Of a stretch of 60,575 nt of DNA, positions 60,180-60,575 are shown piece by piece (the stretch's first letter is position 1; each line of letters opens with the position of its first letter). The notes beneath the pieces were generated by a model. It saw nothing but the letters and a program-made list of their open reading frames with translations, did no database searches and was not told where the DNA came from. The position numbers and the translations under genes are program-made. Origin of the DNA: Asterionella formosa (taxonomy: Eukaryota); NCBI GenBank assembly GCA_002256025.1, contig NKIB01013282.1:1-60575 (forward strand). Direction: 5' to 3'.

Positions 60180-60371
60180 ATTCCCCTCATAATACCGTAA
60201 ACCTCTTAATATCTCCACGTACTTTTCGGGTTTTGTGGAGCACGCTTAGTGATGTAATAAAACCGGTTGTGGAGATTCCCCTCATAATACCGTAAACCTC
60301 TTAATATCTCCACGTACTTTTCGGGTTTTGTGGAGCACGCTTAGTGATGTAATAAAACCGGTTGTGGAGAT
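60180..60371 (+). repeat. Perfect tandem duplication, 95-bp unit x2
   Basis: ATTCCCCTCATAATACCG...GGTTGTGGAG starts at 60180 and 60275; the copies look identical on reading. Confidence 0.95.
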
Positions 60372-60575
60372 ATTGTGAAACCCTAACCCTAATCCGCTCA
60401 AATTTGGGGATAGGGATAGGTTTCATGACGTCATCGGACACCAAAATAAATAGCAAAAGACACCATCCATATAAAAATTTAGTATAAATACTGGTACACA
60501 TGTTATACATACATGAAACCATGTAAAAATTTTGACAGTGGTGACCACTAAGAGTAGCTAATGCAATGTAGTTAA

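Overview
This is eukaryotic nuclear DNA, most likely from a diatom. The evidence is short GT-AG introns, bipartite plastid-targeting signals of the ASA-F/W type, a diatom-like 5S rRNA and Copia elements of the diatom type. The left ~37.5 kb is gene-dense. It starts with the 3' end of a Ty3/Gypsy retrotransposon (integrase, PPT, LTR). It then carries about 16 host genes: SGNH-like, two divergent glycine-zipper paralogs, RING-SH3, EF-hand, ankyrin + R-SNARE, CPN20, ABC1 kinase, sulfotransferase-like, L-aspartate oxidase, Ycf49-like, plastid GPAT, MSP1, a Mis18BP1/KNL2-like SANT protein, a mitochondrial ferredoxin and a hypothetical protein. A solitary 5S rRNA gene and Copia/Harbinger relics lie among them. 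The right ~22 kb is AT-rich and transposon-derived around one intact gene. It holds a TTAA|GGTTGC-terminated non-autonomous DNA element family with conserved long hairpins, a Plavaka/CACTA-type relic with a 4 x ~115 bp array, an internally deleted Copia and several tandem duplications. The most unusual signal is a window-wide family of TA-flanked micro-palindromes (TACCGGTA, TACCAGGTA, TACCTGGTA). They form chains in non-coding DNA and appear to have been inserted into dead transposon coding sequence. All assignments come from reading motifs by eye; no searches were run.
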